64,000 bases of DNA from a bacterium (GCA_963661975.1 CAVLDN010000003.1:56323-120322); one strand, 5' to 3'. Shown: positions 17,717 through 26,001, counted from the stretch's first letter. Notes: generated by a model not told the origin, from the sequence alone. Program-made: numbers and translations.

Positions 17717-19453
17717 TTAATGGATCTCCCCTTTTGTATATTGCGGTTTTGAATATATACCGTAAACGCCGCCCTGTAAACCGAACACGAACATCGCCGG
17801 CGCGAGTGCGCGTATATCGCACATCGGACGCAGCACAAAGCAGCCGATCGTAAGCACAACGGCAGCCGCCGCAGCCGCTCCGCAAACGGAAATGACATGT
17901 TCCGAGCTGTTCATTGCCATACAGCCGAAAATACGCTGAAACATAAGCAAAAGCATCGCGGCAAACAGAATTACAAAGATGACGCCGCCGCATTCCGCAA
18001 GTGACGACCAAAATGAAACGCCCGCTGTGCGAAGATAAAACGGCGGGGAAAAGTTGCGGCAAACCACAAAGGCAACTGTCGGCAATGCCGCGGCCGCGCC
18101 GACAAGCGCCCCGACGGGTGCCTTATAAGCGGCGGCGATATAAACGAATATCGATACGGCAAGCATAAAGTAAAATGCCGAGAACCCCGAAACCGCCGCG
18201 GTCACAACCGCAAGCAGAATAAACGCAAGCCTTCTGCGGCGATTTTCGCCGCCGAAGCCGCACAGGGCGAACGGCAGCACCGCCGGGACAATAAATGCAA
18301 GTATTTCGTCATTAGGGCGGGCCGAAGCAAGCGCAGAAGCTGCCGCACGAAGACCTTCAAGCGGAATCAGATCCGAAAATTCCCCGAGCAGATATGCCGC
18401 ACATCCGAGCGATACCGAAAGCCGCATTGCGCCGAAGGACTGCGTTGCAAGCTTTTCGGAGCAGATAAGATTTTTTGCAAGGAAGTACACGCCCGCCATG
18501 CAAAGCGCGCGCGCCTCTGCGGAGGATATGCCCCCGCCCGCCGCGCAGCCTGCCGCCGCCGCGATAAACGCCGCAAGCGCAGCTATATCCGCAAGCCCGA
18601 AATGAAGGTTGCGCTTCAGACGCAGGCATTTGAAAAGGTAAGAAGCAAACGAAGCGAGTATAATCGCCGCGGTGTAACCCGCAGGCAGTACAAGCGAAAC
18701 GGCAATGCCGGCAAGCATGCCGAATTCGGGTATGTTGAATGTGACAATAACAACGGCGGCAAGCAAAAGCACCGCCAGAACGCGCCCCGTGCCGAAGAAC
18801 AGCGTTCCCACGCCGCACACCGAGCCGAGCAGAAATGCCCCTCCGATATCCGTTTCGGTGTTCGTGCGGCGTTCGAGCGACGAATCGTTGACACCCAAGC
18901 AGCCGTAAAGCAAAGGCCCGATAAGCCTGCCGCCCGCCAATGCGGAAAGAAGGCTGCGTTCGCCGAACAGCACACACAGCAGCCCGGAAACAAAGCAGAT
19001 AGCGGAGACTGCAAGCTCGCCCGTGCCGGATTGCGGAAGCGGCAGCACGACATAGCGTTTAAGCATAAACAGTGCGGCCGCATAGATACCGAAGGTTATA
19101 AAGAATATGCCGGCAGATCGCATGGAGGCGCACAGGAAGCGATCCTTCAAAAAAGTAAACACGGAAAAGAAGTGATTGCCCGAAAACGACCTTGCCACCG
19201 CATTGCGGACGGGCATCACAACATTTCTGCGCAGCGAAAAACGCTCCGATACTCCGGAAACGACCTTGTCCGAAAACAGTTTATCGGTTTCCGCAGCCGA
19301 AGAGAGCACAACGCCAGCCTTGCCGCGTTCAAAGAAATCGTTTACCTTTGCGCTTGCGCGCGCAGTGGTCGAAAGGATAATGCTTTCATGCGCCGCGCGG
19401 CGCAGTGATCTTCTCTTATTCGCTTTTCTGAATCTCTTTCTTTTTCTTATCAT
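17717..19453 (-). CDS. large polytopic membrane protein of unknown function (at least 10 hydrophobic segments)
   Basis: ATG 19453 has GGAG 7 nt upstream (579 aa). It has a basic N-terminus (MIRKRKRFRKANKRR) followed by many Ala/Gly/Leu-rich TM segments. The track ORF start at 19693 would run 278 nt into trmD. No family motif was recognised. Confidence 0.6.
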   Translation of the reverse strand: MIRKRKRFRKANKRRSLRRAAHESIILSTTARASAKVNDFFERGKAGVVLSSAAETDKLFSDKVVSGVSERFSLRRNVVMPVRNAVARSFSGNHFFSVFTFLKDRFLCASMRSAGIFFITFGIYAAALFMLKRYVVLPLPQSGTGELAVSAICFVSGLLCVLFGERSLLSALAGGRLIGPLLYGCLGVNDSSLERRTNTETDIGGAFLLGSVCGVGTLFFGTGRVLAVLLLAAVVIVTFNIPEFGMLAGIAVSLVLPAGYTAAIILASFASYLFKCLRLKRNLHFGLADIAALAAFIAAAAGCAAGGGISSAEARALCMAGVYFLAKNLICSEKLATQSFGAMRLSVSLGCAAYLLGEFSDLIPLEGLRAAASALASARPNDEILAFIVPAVLPFALCGFGGENRRRRLAFILLAVVTAAVSGFSAFYFMLAVSIFVYIAAAYKAPVGALVGAAAALPTVAFVVCRNFSPPFYLRTAGVSFWSSLAECGGVIFVILFAAMLLLMFQRIFGCMAMNSSEHVISVCGAAAAAAVVLTIGCFVLRPMCDIRALAPAMFVFGLQGGVYGIYSKPQYTKGEIH

Positions 19454-20135
19454 CAGACAGCTCCATAAGGTCGGGCCGCTTTTCGGCGGTACGAAGCAAT
19501 GACTGCTCCTGCTTCCATTTCTGTTGAAGTGCGTGATTGCCGTTGATGAGTACCTCCGGCACCTCAAGCCCTTCGAAAACGCGCGGACGTGTATACTGTG
19601 CGTGTTCGAGCAGCCCGTTTTGGAGACTTTCCTCCGTGAAGCATTCCGGCGCAGGCAGCACGCCCGGCACCATTCGCGAAATGCAGTCGACAACTATCGC
19701 CGCCGGCAGCTCGCCGCCGGTAAGAACATAGTTGCCGACGGAAAGTTCCTCATCGATCTCGAGCTCTATAATGCGCTCGTCTATGCCCTCATAATGGCCG
19801 CAAAGCAGAATCAGACTGTCGTATTGAAGCAGCTCGCGCGCCTTTTCCTGATCGAACAGCGCACCCTGCGGGGACATATAAACCGTCCTCACCCTGCCGC
19901 CGCAACGCGCTTTTGCGGCGCGTATGCAATCCACGGCGGGCTGGCACATCATCACCATGCCGTAGCCGCCGCCGTAAGGCGTATCGTCCACCTTGCGGTG
20001 TTTATCCAAAGTATAATCGCGTATATCAGTACAATTTACGGATATCAAGCCCTTTTCGCGGGCTCTCCCGATGATGCTTGATGAAAATATCGGTTCGAGA
20101 GTATTCGGAAAAAGCGTAAGCACTTCAAAATTCAT
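19416..20135 (-). CDS. trmD: tRNA (guanine37-N1)-methyltransferase TrmD
   Basis: ATG 20135 (MNFEVLTLFPN...) has AGGTG 7 nt upstream. Typical TrmD sequence (GGYGMVM, GHYEGIDERI) with a Lys-rich C-terminal tail. Confidence 0.93.
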   Translation of the reverse strand: MNFEVLTLFPNTLEPIFSSSIIGRAREKGLISVNCTDIRDYTLDKHRKVDDTPYGGGYGMVMMCQPAVDCIRAAKARCGGRVRTVYMSPQGALFDQEKARELLQYDSLILLCGHYEGIDERIIELEIDEELSVGNYVLTGGELPAAIVVDCISRMVPGVLPAPECFTEESLQNGLLEHAQYTRPRVFEGLEVPEVLINGNHALQQKWKQEQSLLRTAEKRPDLMELSDDKKKKEIQKSE

Positions 20136-20145
20136 AAATCCGCAC

Positions 20146-20637
20146 CTACGCTTCAAGCCCGTCGATAAGACGAACCGTTATCTCTTTTTCGGGATCCGTG
20201 CCGACGATAAATTCATCGACGGCGGGAATAATATAGCTTTTTTCGCCGCTGACATAATACAGGAAGGAGGCGGCGCCCTCCTCCACGCGGGTGACTTTTC
20301 CGACAATTTCGCCCGTTTCGGCATTGCGAACGGGAAGCCCGATAAGGTCGTCATTATAAAACACGCCTTCGGGGAGCGGAATATCGTTCCTGTCGAAATA
20401 AACGGTCCTTCCCGTAAGGGCAGAGGCGCTTGAACGATCCTCGTATCCCTCGAAAACAATCGTGGAAAGCGAAGGGCGCAGCTCTTTCACCGTAAGAAAG
20501 CGCTTGCCCTCTGCATCCAGATAAAGCTTTTCGACACCGGAAAGAAATTCAACACTGTCGCACCAGCAATCAAAGCGCAGCTCGCCCTTCAACCCGCGCG
20601 GGGAATTCAGCCTTCCCGCTTCAAGAAAGCGCTTCAT
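20146..20637 (-). CDS. rimM: 16S rRNA processing protein RimM
   Basis: 163 aa with PRGLKGELR motif and PRC barrel. Position between the KH gene and trmD. Confidence 0.9.
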   Translation of the reverse strand: MKRFLEAGRLNSPRGLKGELRFDCWCDSVEFLSGVEKLYLDAEGKRFLTVKELRPSLSTIVFEGYEDRSSASALTGRTVYFDRNDIPLPEGVFYNDDLIGLPVRNAETGEIVGKVTRVEEGAASFLYYVSGEKSYIIPAVDEFIVGTDPEKEITVRLIDGLEA

Positions 20638-20864
20638 CAGATAATATCGACAATAACGCGCTTGTTTTCCTTTGAAGCGGCAGCGCGCATGACGGTGCGG
20701 ATGCTCTTGGCAATCCGGCCTTCCTTGCCTATGACTCTGCCCATGTCGTGCTTGGCGACCGAAAGTTCAAGAACGACGGTATCGCCGCTGACCTTCTCGG
20801 TTACGCTGACCGAATCGGGATCCTCGACGATAGCTCTTGTAATGTCGAGAAGTGTTTGTTTCAT
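20637..20864 (-). CDS. KH-domain RNA-binding protein (YlqC-like)
   Basis: 75 aa with motif GRVIGKEGRIAKSIRTV. 1-nt overlaps with rpsP and rimM. Confidence 0.85.
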   Translation of the reverse strand: MKQTLLDITRAIVEDPDSVSVTEKVSGDTVVLELSVAKHDMGRVIGKEGRIAKSIRTVMRAAASKENKRVIVDII

Positions 20865-21109
20865 CAGTCAATTACTCCGCTTTTTTTAAGAAGATCTCTT
20901 ACGGTCTCGGTGGGCTGTGCGCCGTTGACGATCCACTGTTTTGCCTTTTCGGCATCAACCTTAACCTCTGCGGGGTTGGTCATGGGGTTGTAGAAACCGA
21001 TTTCTTCGATGAATCTGCCGTCGCGCGGGTAACGGGAATCCGCCACAACGATTCTGTAAGAGGGAGCCTTCTTTGCGCCCATTCTTCTGAGTCTGATCTT
21101 AACTGCCAT
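20864..21109 (-). CDS. rpsP: 30S ribosomal protein S16
   Basis: [42 protein letters not shown]. Confidence 0.97.
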   Translation of the reverse strand: MAVKIRLRRMGAKKAPSYRIVVADSRYPRDGRFIEEIGFYNPMTNPAEVKVDAEKAKQWIVNGAQPTETVRDLLKKSGVID

Positions 21110-21144
21110 TTTTGTTTTCCTCCGGAAAATATAATTGTTTTTTA

Positions 21145-22470
21145 TTAAAAGGGAAATCTCATCTTTCCTCTTTTGCCTTTTTTTCCCATGAACTGCTTCA
21201 TGAGCTGCTTTGTCTGATCGTATTGTTTGAGCAGACGGTTGACATCCTCGACGCTTGTCCCGCTGCCGGCGGCAATACGCCGCTTGCGTGAGGAATTGAG
21301 TACATCGGGGTGATCGCGTTCATACGGTGTCATGGAAAGTATGATCGCTTCGGTGCGGGAGAATGCCTTTTCATCAACCTTTGCATCCTTCAAAGCACCG
21401 GGCTTTACCCCCGGCATCATGCCGAGAAGCTGATCCATGGAGCCCATATTCTTTACGGTGTTGAGCTGATCCAGAAAGTCGGCAAGCGTGAAGCTCTGTT
21501 CGCGCAGGCGCTTTTCAAGTTCCGCCGCCTTTTTTTCATCGATACTCTGTTCGGCTTTTTCGATCAGAGTGAGCACATCGCCCATGCCGAGTATGCGGGA
21601 TGCCATGCGGTCGGGGTAGAACGGTTCGAGGCATTCCGGCTTTTCGCCCGTGCCGATAAGCTTTATCGGCTTGCCGGTGATATAACGGACGGAAAGCGCG
21701 GCGCCGCCACGGGTATCGCCGTCCATTTTTGTGAGTATAACGCCGGTGATATCGAGCAGATCGTTGAAGCTCTGCGCGACATTGACTGCATCCTGCCCCG
21801 TCATCGCATCGACGACAAGGAGCGTTTCGGTAGGCTCCGCGGCGGTTTTAACGCGTTTGAGTTCCGCCATGAGCGCTTCATCCACATGAAGTCTGCCGGC
21901 GGTATCTATAATAACCGGGTCGAAGCCGTATTTGACGGCATGACGTATTGCTTCGCGGGTGGTATCCTCCGGATCGTTCGTGCCGCGTTCAAAGACGGTC
22001 GCGCCGACCTTTTCGCCCACTACCTGAAGCTGCGTTATAGCCGCGGGGCGGTGAATATCGCAGGCAACGAGCAGCGGATTTTTGCCCTGTTTTTTATACA
22101 TGAGCGCAAGCTTGCCGCAGTGAGTCGTTTTGCCGGAGCCCTGCAATCCGCACATCAGAATAACCGTCGGCGGCTTCGGTGCGGATTCCAGTTTGCGGCA
22201 GGTGCCGCCCATGACGGCGATAAGCTCTTCGTTGACGATCTTTACGATCTGCTGTTCCGGACGCAGGCTTTCAAGCACTTCGCCGCCGACAGCGCGTTCG
22301 CTCACGCGGGCGATAAATTCCTTTACGACTTTGAAGTTGACATCCGCTTCGAGCAGTGCAAGCTTTATTTCGCGCATGCCCGCCTTGACATCGGCTTCGG
22401 TAAGCTTTCCCTTTCCGCCGAGTTTGGAAAACACGCGTGACATCTTTTCGGCAAGACTTTGAAATAACAT
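21145..22470 (-). CDS. ffh: signal recognition particle protein Ffh
   Basis: 441 aa with [20 protein letters not shown] motifs and a Met-rich M domain. Confidence 0.97.
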   Translation of the reverse strand: MLFQSLAEKMSRVFSKLGGKGKLTEADVKAGMREIKLALLEADVNFKVVKEFIARVSERAVGGEVLESLRPEQQIVKIVNEELIAVMGGTCRKLESAPKPPTVILMCGLQGSGKTTHCGKLALMYKKQGKNPLLVACDIHRPAAITQLQVVGEKVGATVFERGTNDPEDTTREAIRHAVKYGFDPVIIDTAGRLHVDEALMAELKRVKTAAEPTETLLVVDAMTGQDAVNVAQSFNDLLDITGVILTKMDGDTRGGAALSVRYITGKPIKLIGTGEKPECLEPFYPDRMASRILGMGDVLTLIEKAEQSIDEKKAAELEKRLREQSFTLADFLDQLNTVKNMGSMDQLLGMMPGVKPGALKDAKVDEKAFSRTEAIILSMTPYERDHPDVLNSSRKRRIAAGSGTSVEDVNRLLKQYDQTKQLMKQFMGKKGKRGKMRFPF

Positions 22471-22787
22471 TAAAGCTCTCCTGTGATCTGTTCGGCAAGA
22501 CGGTGCGCCTTTGCGATATCGCCGCAGGCGATTATTTCGGCCGCAAGCGCCATAACACGTTCCGACTTTGCATAAACGCCGAGCGAGGCTTCGAGCGCAT
22601 AAAGCTCGGCAACGGTGCGGCGGATGGAATCGCTGACGCCCTGGCGGGTCAGCCCACAGTTTTCGCCGATCTCCGCAAGTGAAAGATCCTCGTTATAATA
22701 AAGATCGACCATATCGCGCCGCCTTTCGGAAAGTGCGCCGCCGTATATATCGATAAGCCGGCAGATATATGCCCTGTCGCCTTCCAC
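22470..22787 (-). CDS. ylxM: YlxM/UPF0122 putative HTH DNA-binding protein
   Basis: GTG 22787 has GGAGGAGG 8 nt upstream (105 aa). Sigma-70 region-4-like HTH (LSLAEIGENCGLTRQGVSDSIRR). 1-nt overlap with ffh. The track start at 22847 runs through the promoter palindrome. Confidence 0.8.
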   Translation of the reverse strand: MEGDRAYICRLIDIYGGALSERRRDMVDLYYNEDLSLAEIGENCGLTRQGVSDSIRRTVAELYALEASLGVYAKSERVMALAAEIIACGDIAKAHRLAEQITGEL

Positions 22788-22817
22788 GGAAAACGCCTCC
22801 TCCGAAAAAAAGAAATC

Positions 22818-22850
22818 GCAGTGTGTAAAGCGATTCGCTTTACACACTGC
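22818..22850. promoter_or_regulatory. perfect 33-bp palindrome (15-bp arms) abutting the -10 box of the ylxM-ffh promoter
   Basis: GCAGTGTGTAAAGCG (22818-22832), ATT, CGCTTTACACACTGC (22836-22850). No mismatches. Confidence 0.6.
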
Positions 22851-22879
22851 ATTATACTATACCGCAGTGCTCTTGTCAA
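22851..22879 (-). promoter_or_regulatory. consensus SigA promoter of the ylxM-ffh-rpsP operon
   Basis: On the minus strand: TTGACA (22879-22874), 17 nt, TATAAT (22856-22851). Confidence 0.75.
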
Positions 22880-23047
22880 TAGTTTTTTTCGGTGATTTTC
22901 AGCCGATATTCGCCGTCCGCAAAGCAAGGCAGGGCTTTATCGCCCGATGTGCAAATCCCCTTTCCCAAACAGATTATGCAAAAAAACGGATAATGTTATT
23001 CAACCCCCTTTATTTTTTTTTCGCAGTGTGATAAAATAAAAAAAAGG

Positions 23048-23707
23048 ATGGTGAACGCATTGAACGAAACCGCACCCGCCGCAAAGCTGCCGGCAAAAAA
23101 AGCAAGGCCCGCCGGGAAAAAGCGTGCCGTGCTCGGCAACGCGCTTGCCGTGCTGATTGTTTTCATTGCTTTTTACCTTATCATCCTTCTTTTCGTCGCG
23201 GGAACGATATATTATTCCTTCAAGGGGACAGCGAAGAATACCGAAATATATTCCGTGCGCCTTGTTTATGACGAAAAGGTTCTTCACAAGCTCACCGCGG
23301 AAGCCGCAAACAACGAATACGGGCTTTATATCCCGTTTTCGTATCTGACCGAAATCGGCTCCTTCGGGCTTGCCGCAGACGGCGACGACGTCACCCTCTT
23401 TATCATAGGGACAGACAACCGCATTCGCTGCACGAAAAATTCCTCGCTTATTATCATAAACGACAATCCCATCAGAATTTCCGCCCCGATACTTTACGGC
23501 GATGATGATTATCTCATCCCGATGGTGCTGATCGAAAACTACATAACGGGTATAAATGTCGAATACGATGAAAAACTCATGACCTGCTCGGTCAGCGCGG
23601 CAATCGGCAAAACAAATGTCGCATTGAAGCTGCTGCTGCCGGAGGAAATGGAACCCGCGACATTTCCGGATTCGTACAAGTATTACACGACCGACGATAA
23701 CCGCTGA
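23048..23707 (+). CDS. membrane-anchored protein with a copper-amine-oxidase-N-terminal-like (stalk) domain, hypothetical
   Basis: 219 aa: basic N-terminus, one TM (LAVLIVFIAFYLIILLFVAGTIYY), then ...LIIINDNPIRISAPILYGDDDYLIPMVLIENYITGINVEYDEK... The exact start is uncertain (ATG 23048, GTG 23051 or TTG 23060). Confidence 0.65.
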   Translation: MVNALNETAPAAKLPAKKARPAGKKRAVLGNALAVLIVFIAFYLIILLFVAGTIYYSFKGTAKNTEIYSVRLVYDEKVLHKLTAEAANNEYGLYIPFSYLTEIGSFGLAADGDDVTLFIIGTDNRIRCTKNSSLIIINDNPIRISAPILYGDDDYLIPMVLIENYITGINVEYDEKLMTCSVSAAIGKTNVALKLLLPEEMEPATFPDSYKYYTTDDNR

Positions 23708-23727
23708 CAGCCTCTTTAATTCAACGT

Positions 23728-23764
23728 AAAAAAGCACTTGCCGTAAGGCAAGTGCTTTTCTTCT
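23728..23764. terminator. bidirectional rho-independent terminator (convergent 23048 gene and hpf)
   Basis: 12-bp stem AAAGCACTTGCC (23731-23742) with GGCAAGTGCTTT (23747-23758), loop GTAA. Flanked by an A-run upstream and a T-rich run downstream. Confidence 0.85.
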
Positions 23765-23799
23765 GTTTGCCGGTCCGCGTTCCCGGCGGCGGGACAATT

Positions 23800-24321
23800 T
23801 CAATCGTTGGGTTCTATAAGGCCGTAATCGTCCTCTGCTCTGCGGTAAACGACATTGTATTGCCCGGATTCGGAGTTCATAAACATATAGAACGTGTGTT
23901 GAAGAAGATTCATCTGCAAAATCGCTTCCTCAACCGTCATCGGGTGCATTTCAAAATGCTTTACCTTGCTGACGACAATTTCCTCCTCCGGCTCGGCAAG
24001 CTCACTTTCCGCAAAAAGTTCCTTCTTGACATGAATCTTCTTTTCGAGTCTCGTGCGGTTTTTGCGGATCTGACGTTCGATGTTTGCCATTGCCGTGTCA
24101 AGCGCGCATTTATAATCCTTGTCTGCCACCTCTGCACGGAATATCGAGCCGTTGCAGCTGATGGTGATTTCTATCCGTTCCTGAACGCGATTCCCCGTGA
24201 GAAAGACAATCGCCTCGGTGCCTTCCGGAAAGAACTTGTCCAGCTTGGAAAGCTTCTTGTCGATCCATTCCCGAACATCGTCGGTAAGCGTGAACTTTTT
24301 CGTGATGATCCTTGTTTTCAT
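23800..24321 (-). CDS. hpf: ribosome hibernation-promoting factor (long HPF)
   Basis: 173 aa. The N-terminal domain resembles the sigma-54-modulation/RaiA fold. The C-terminal dimerisation domain reads VSKVKHFEMHPMTVEEAILQMNLLQHTFYMFMN. Confidence 0.9.
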   Translation of the reverse strand: MKTRIITKKFTLTDDVREWIDKKLSKLDKFFPEGTEAIVFLTGNRVQERIEITISCNGSIFRAEVADKDYKCALDTAMANIERQIRKNRTRLEKKIHVKKELFAESELAEPEEEIVVSKVKHFEMHPMTVEEAILQMNLLQHTFYMFMNSESGQYNVVYRRAEDDYGLIEPND

Positions 24322-24421
24322 AGCGCGCTCCTTTTATTTTATTCGGCGGAACGATTCCGCCGTAATGATGATCGGTTTTTCTCCCGCCGCCTTTATACTA
24401 AACCGTGATTCTTAAAACCGG

Positions 24422-24468
24422 CTTAAAAAAGCGAACCGGAAGGGCATATTGCCCCTTGTCCGGTTCGT
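24422..24468 (-). terminator. rho-independent terminator after the S1-domain gene
   Basis: CGAACCGGA (24432-24440) pairs with TCCGGTTCG (24459-24467), with an inner GGGC/GCCC helix. On the minus strand it is followed by CTTTTTTAAGC. Confidence 0.8.
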
Positions 24469-24818
24469 TCACCTGCGTTTGCGGCCGCCTTTTCGCTTTT
24501 CGCCGTATACAGAGCGTTTGAGCCGTTCCTTGCTCGAAGCGCGGAGCTTGTCGAGCATCGGGCCGAGATCCCTTTTCAGTTCGGGTTCTTTTTTGCCGCC
24601 TATAAGCGAAAGCGCTGTTTTGTTGTTTTCGTCGGAGATGACCGCGCTTTGACGGTATCCCCGGTTTTGATGACCGCGTGGATATCGGTAACGAACCGGC
24701 GCGAAAGCCCGGAAATATGTATCATCCCGGTTGAACCGTCCGGAAGTGTGACGAAAGCCCCATAGGATGCAACGCCGCTGACGATTCCGACAATTTCGGT
24801 GCCGACCGGATATGACAA
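24469..24818 (-). pseudogene. S1-domain RNA-binding protein (YabR-like) interrupted by a -1 frameshift
   Basis: The N-terminal 55 codons give a good S1 fold (GTEIVGIVSGVASYGAFVTLPDGSTGMIHISGLSRRFV...GDTVKA). The frame then hits TAG at 24600. The natural continuation (VISDENNKTALSLIGGKKEPELKRDL...RKGGRKRR*) is in another frame, ending at TGA 24469-24471. The total span is 350 nt, not a multiple of 3. Confidence 0.65.
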
Positions 24819-24831
24819 ATCGGTTATCCCC

Positions 24832-25125
24832 TTATTTGTTTCCTATATCCGTGTAAAAGATTATTTCATCAGGATCGCGCAGGCCGAGCCTGTCGCGTGC
24901 GATGCGCTCGATAAACTCTTCATCCACGGGAGTGTTTATGCGGAGTTCAAGTTCATCGATATTATCCTGAAGCGCGGTGACCTTTTCGGCGCGCGCGTCG
25001 CGCTCATCGCGCAGGGATTTCATTTCGTTCTGCAAATTGATCACCGATACGAAAAGAAAGATAAAGATGAGCGAAAATGCGATTCTGATTATTAGATTTG
25101 TCCTTGCGGGCTTCTTTTTACCCAT
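24832..25125 (-). CDS. divIC: septum formation initiator (FtsB/DivIC family)
   Basis: ATG 25125 (MGKKKPARTNLIIRIAFSLIFIFLFVSV...) after GGAAGGGAAG. It has a TM plus coiled coil (LQNEMKSLRDERDARAEKVTALQDNIDELE). The track start at 25227 is an upstream in-frame extension. Confidence 0.8.
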   Translation of the reverse strand: MGKKKPARTNLIIRIAFSLIFIFLFVSVINLQNEMKSLRDERDARAEKVTALQDNIDELELRINTPVDEEFIERIARDRLGLRDPDEIIFYTDIGNK

Positions 25126-25356
25126 GTTTAACTTCCCTTCCGTTAAATATGCACGGTTTATCGCCAAGCGCGCTTTTGAAGCAAGCACATACAACGCCCC
25201 GACAACAGCCGAAAGCGCAAGCATCAATACCCTGCCGACGGTGAACCGCCAAAGCAGAAAGCCGCCGCGGCCTTGACCGTGGGGTAAACGGTATGCTTGC
25301 CTTCCGTGATAACCCTCCGTTGCCGTATATTTGATTATACGGTACCGCAGGGTGAA

Positions 25357-25599
25357 TTATTCCAGCACCTCGTACATTTCGGCGGCGTTTGCCTTTTTTG
25401 CGCTTTCATTCACGGCAAGAACGCGGAAGCGCGTTGTCCTGCTGCCGTAATGAACTTCGATAATATCGCCGACCTTGACATCATACGAGGGCTTTGCCGC
25501 CTTGCCGTTGACACATACCAGCTCGCCTCCGCAGGCTTCCTTGGCAACGGTACGGCGCTTGATTATTCTTGAAACTTTAAGATATTTATCCAGACGCAT
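25357..25599 (-). CDS. S4-domain RNA-binding protein (YabO/Hsp15-like)
   Basis: 80 aa, MRLDKYLKVSRIIKRRTVAKEA... S4 motif. Syntenic with B. subtilis yabO. Confidence 0.85.
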   Translation of the reverse strand: MRLDKYLKVSRIIKRRTVAKEACGGELVCVNGKAAKPSYDVKVGDIIEVHYGSRTTRFRVLAVNESAKKANAAEMYEVLE

Positions 25600-25607
25600 G
25601 ATCCACC

Positions 25608-25648
25608 GAAAAAACCGCGGGTGGGGAAATTATATGCCCCCACCCGGT
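25608..25648 (-). terminator. rho-independent terminator of hup
   Basis: Stem GGGTGGGG (25620-25627) with CCCCACCC (25639-25646). On the minus strand it is followed by GCGGTTTTTTCGG. Confidence 0.8.
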
Positions 25649-25658
25649 ATAAAACAAT
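25630..25658 (-). promoter_or_regulatory. candidate promoter nested in the hup terminator (drives the S4-divIC-S1 genes)
   Basis: On the minus strand: TTGTTT (25658-25653), 17 nt, TATAAT (25635-25630). The -10 box lies in the terminator loop. Confidence 0.4.
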
Positions 25659-25660
25659 GC

Positions 25661-25936
25661 TTATTTATTGACAGCTTCTTTAAGATCCTTGCCGGGAACA
25701 AAAGCGGGGGACTTGGAAGCCGGGATGGTGATGGCGGCTTTGGTCTTGGGGTTTCTGCCGATTCTTTCGGCTCTTTCCTTAACCTTGAAGGAACCGAAAC
25801 CGGCGATCTGAACCTTTCCGCCGGTAGCAAGCTCGTTGGCAATGGCGTTGAACATTGCGTTGACGGCGGCCTCCGCATCTTTCTTTTTAATATTTGCATT
25901 GGTAGCAACGGATTCGATAAGTGTAGATTTGTTCAT
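25661..25936 (-). CDS. hup: DNA-binding protein HU
   Basis: 91 aa, ...VQIAGFGSFKVKERAERIGRNPKTKAAITIPASKSPAFVPGKDLKEAVN. Confidence 0.97.
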   Translation of the reverse strand: MNKSTLIESVATNANIKKKDAEAAVNAMFNAIANELATGGKVQIAGFGSFKVKERAERIGRNPKTKAAITIPASKSPAFVPGKDLKEAVNK

Positions 25937-25972
25937 GTGTAACTTCCTTTCAAAAACCTTTTTTGTGAAAAC

Positions 25973-26001
25973 ATTATACCATTATTTTCCCCCATTATCA
26001 A
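25973..26001 (-). promoter_or_regulatory. consensus-like SigA promoter of hup
   Basis: On the minus strand: TTGATA (26001-25996), 17 nt, TATAAT (25978-25973). Confidence 0.7.

Noticed and set aside
17717-19693. Upstream extensions of track ORFs. Examples are 17717-19693, 4152 for nusA, 8187 for rbfA, 22847 for ylxM, 25227 for divIC, 29546, 38523, 50993, 51980, 52374, 59683, 60303 and 63800.
   Set aside because: The longest-ORF starts run into upstream genes, promoters or terminators. Internal starts with proper SD spacing and family-typical N-termini were preferred.
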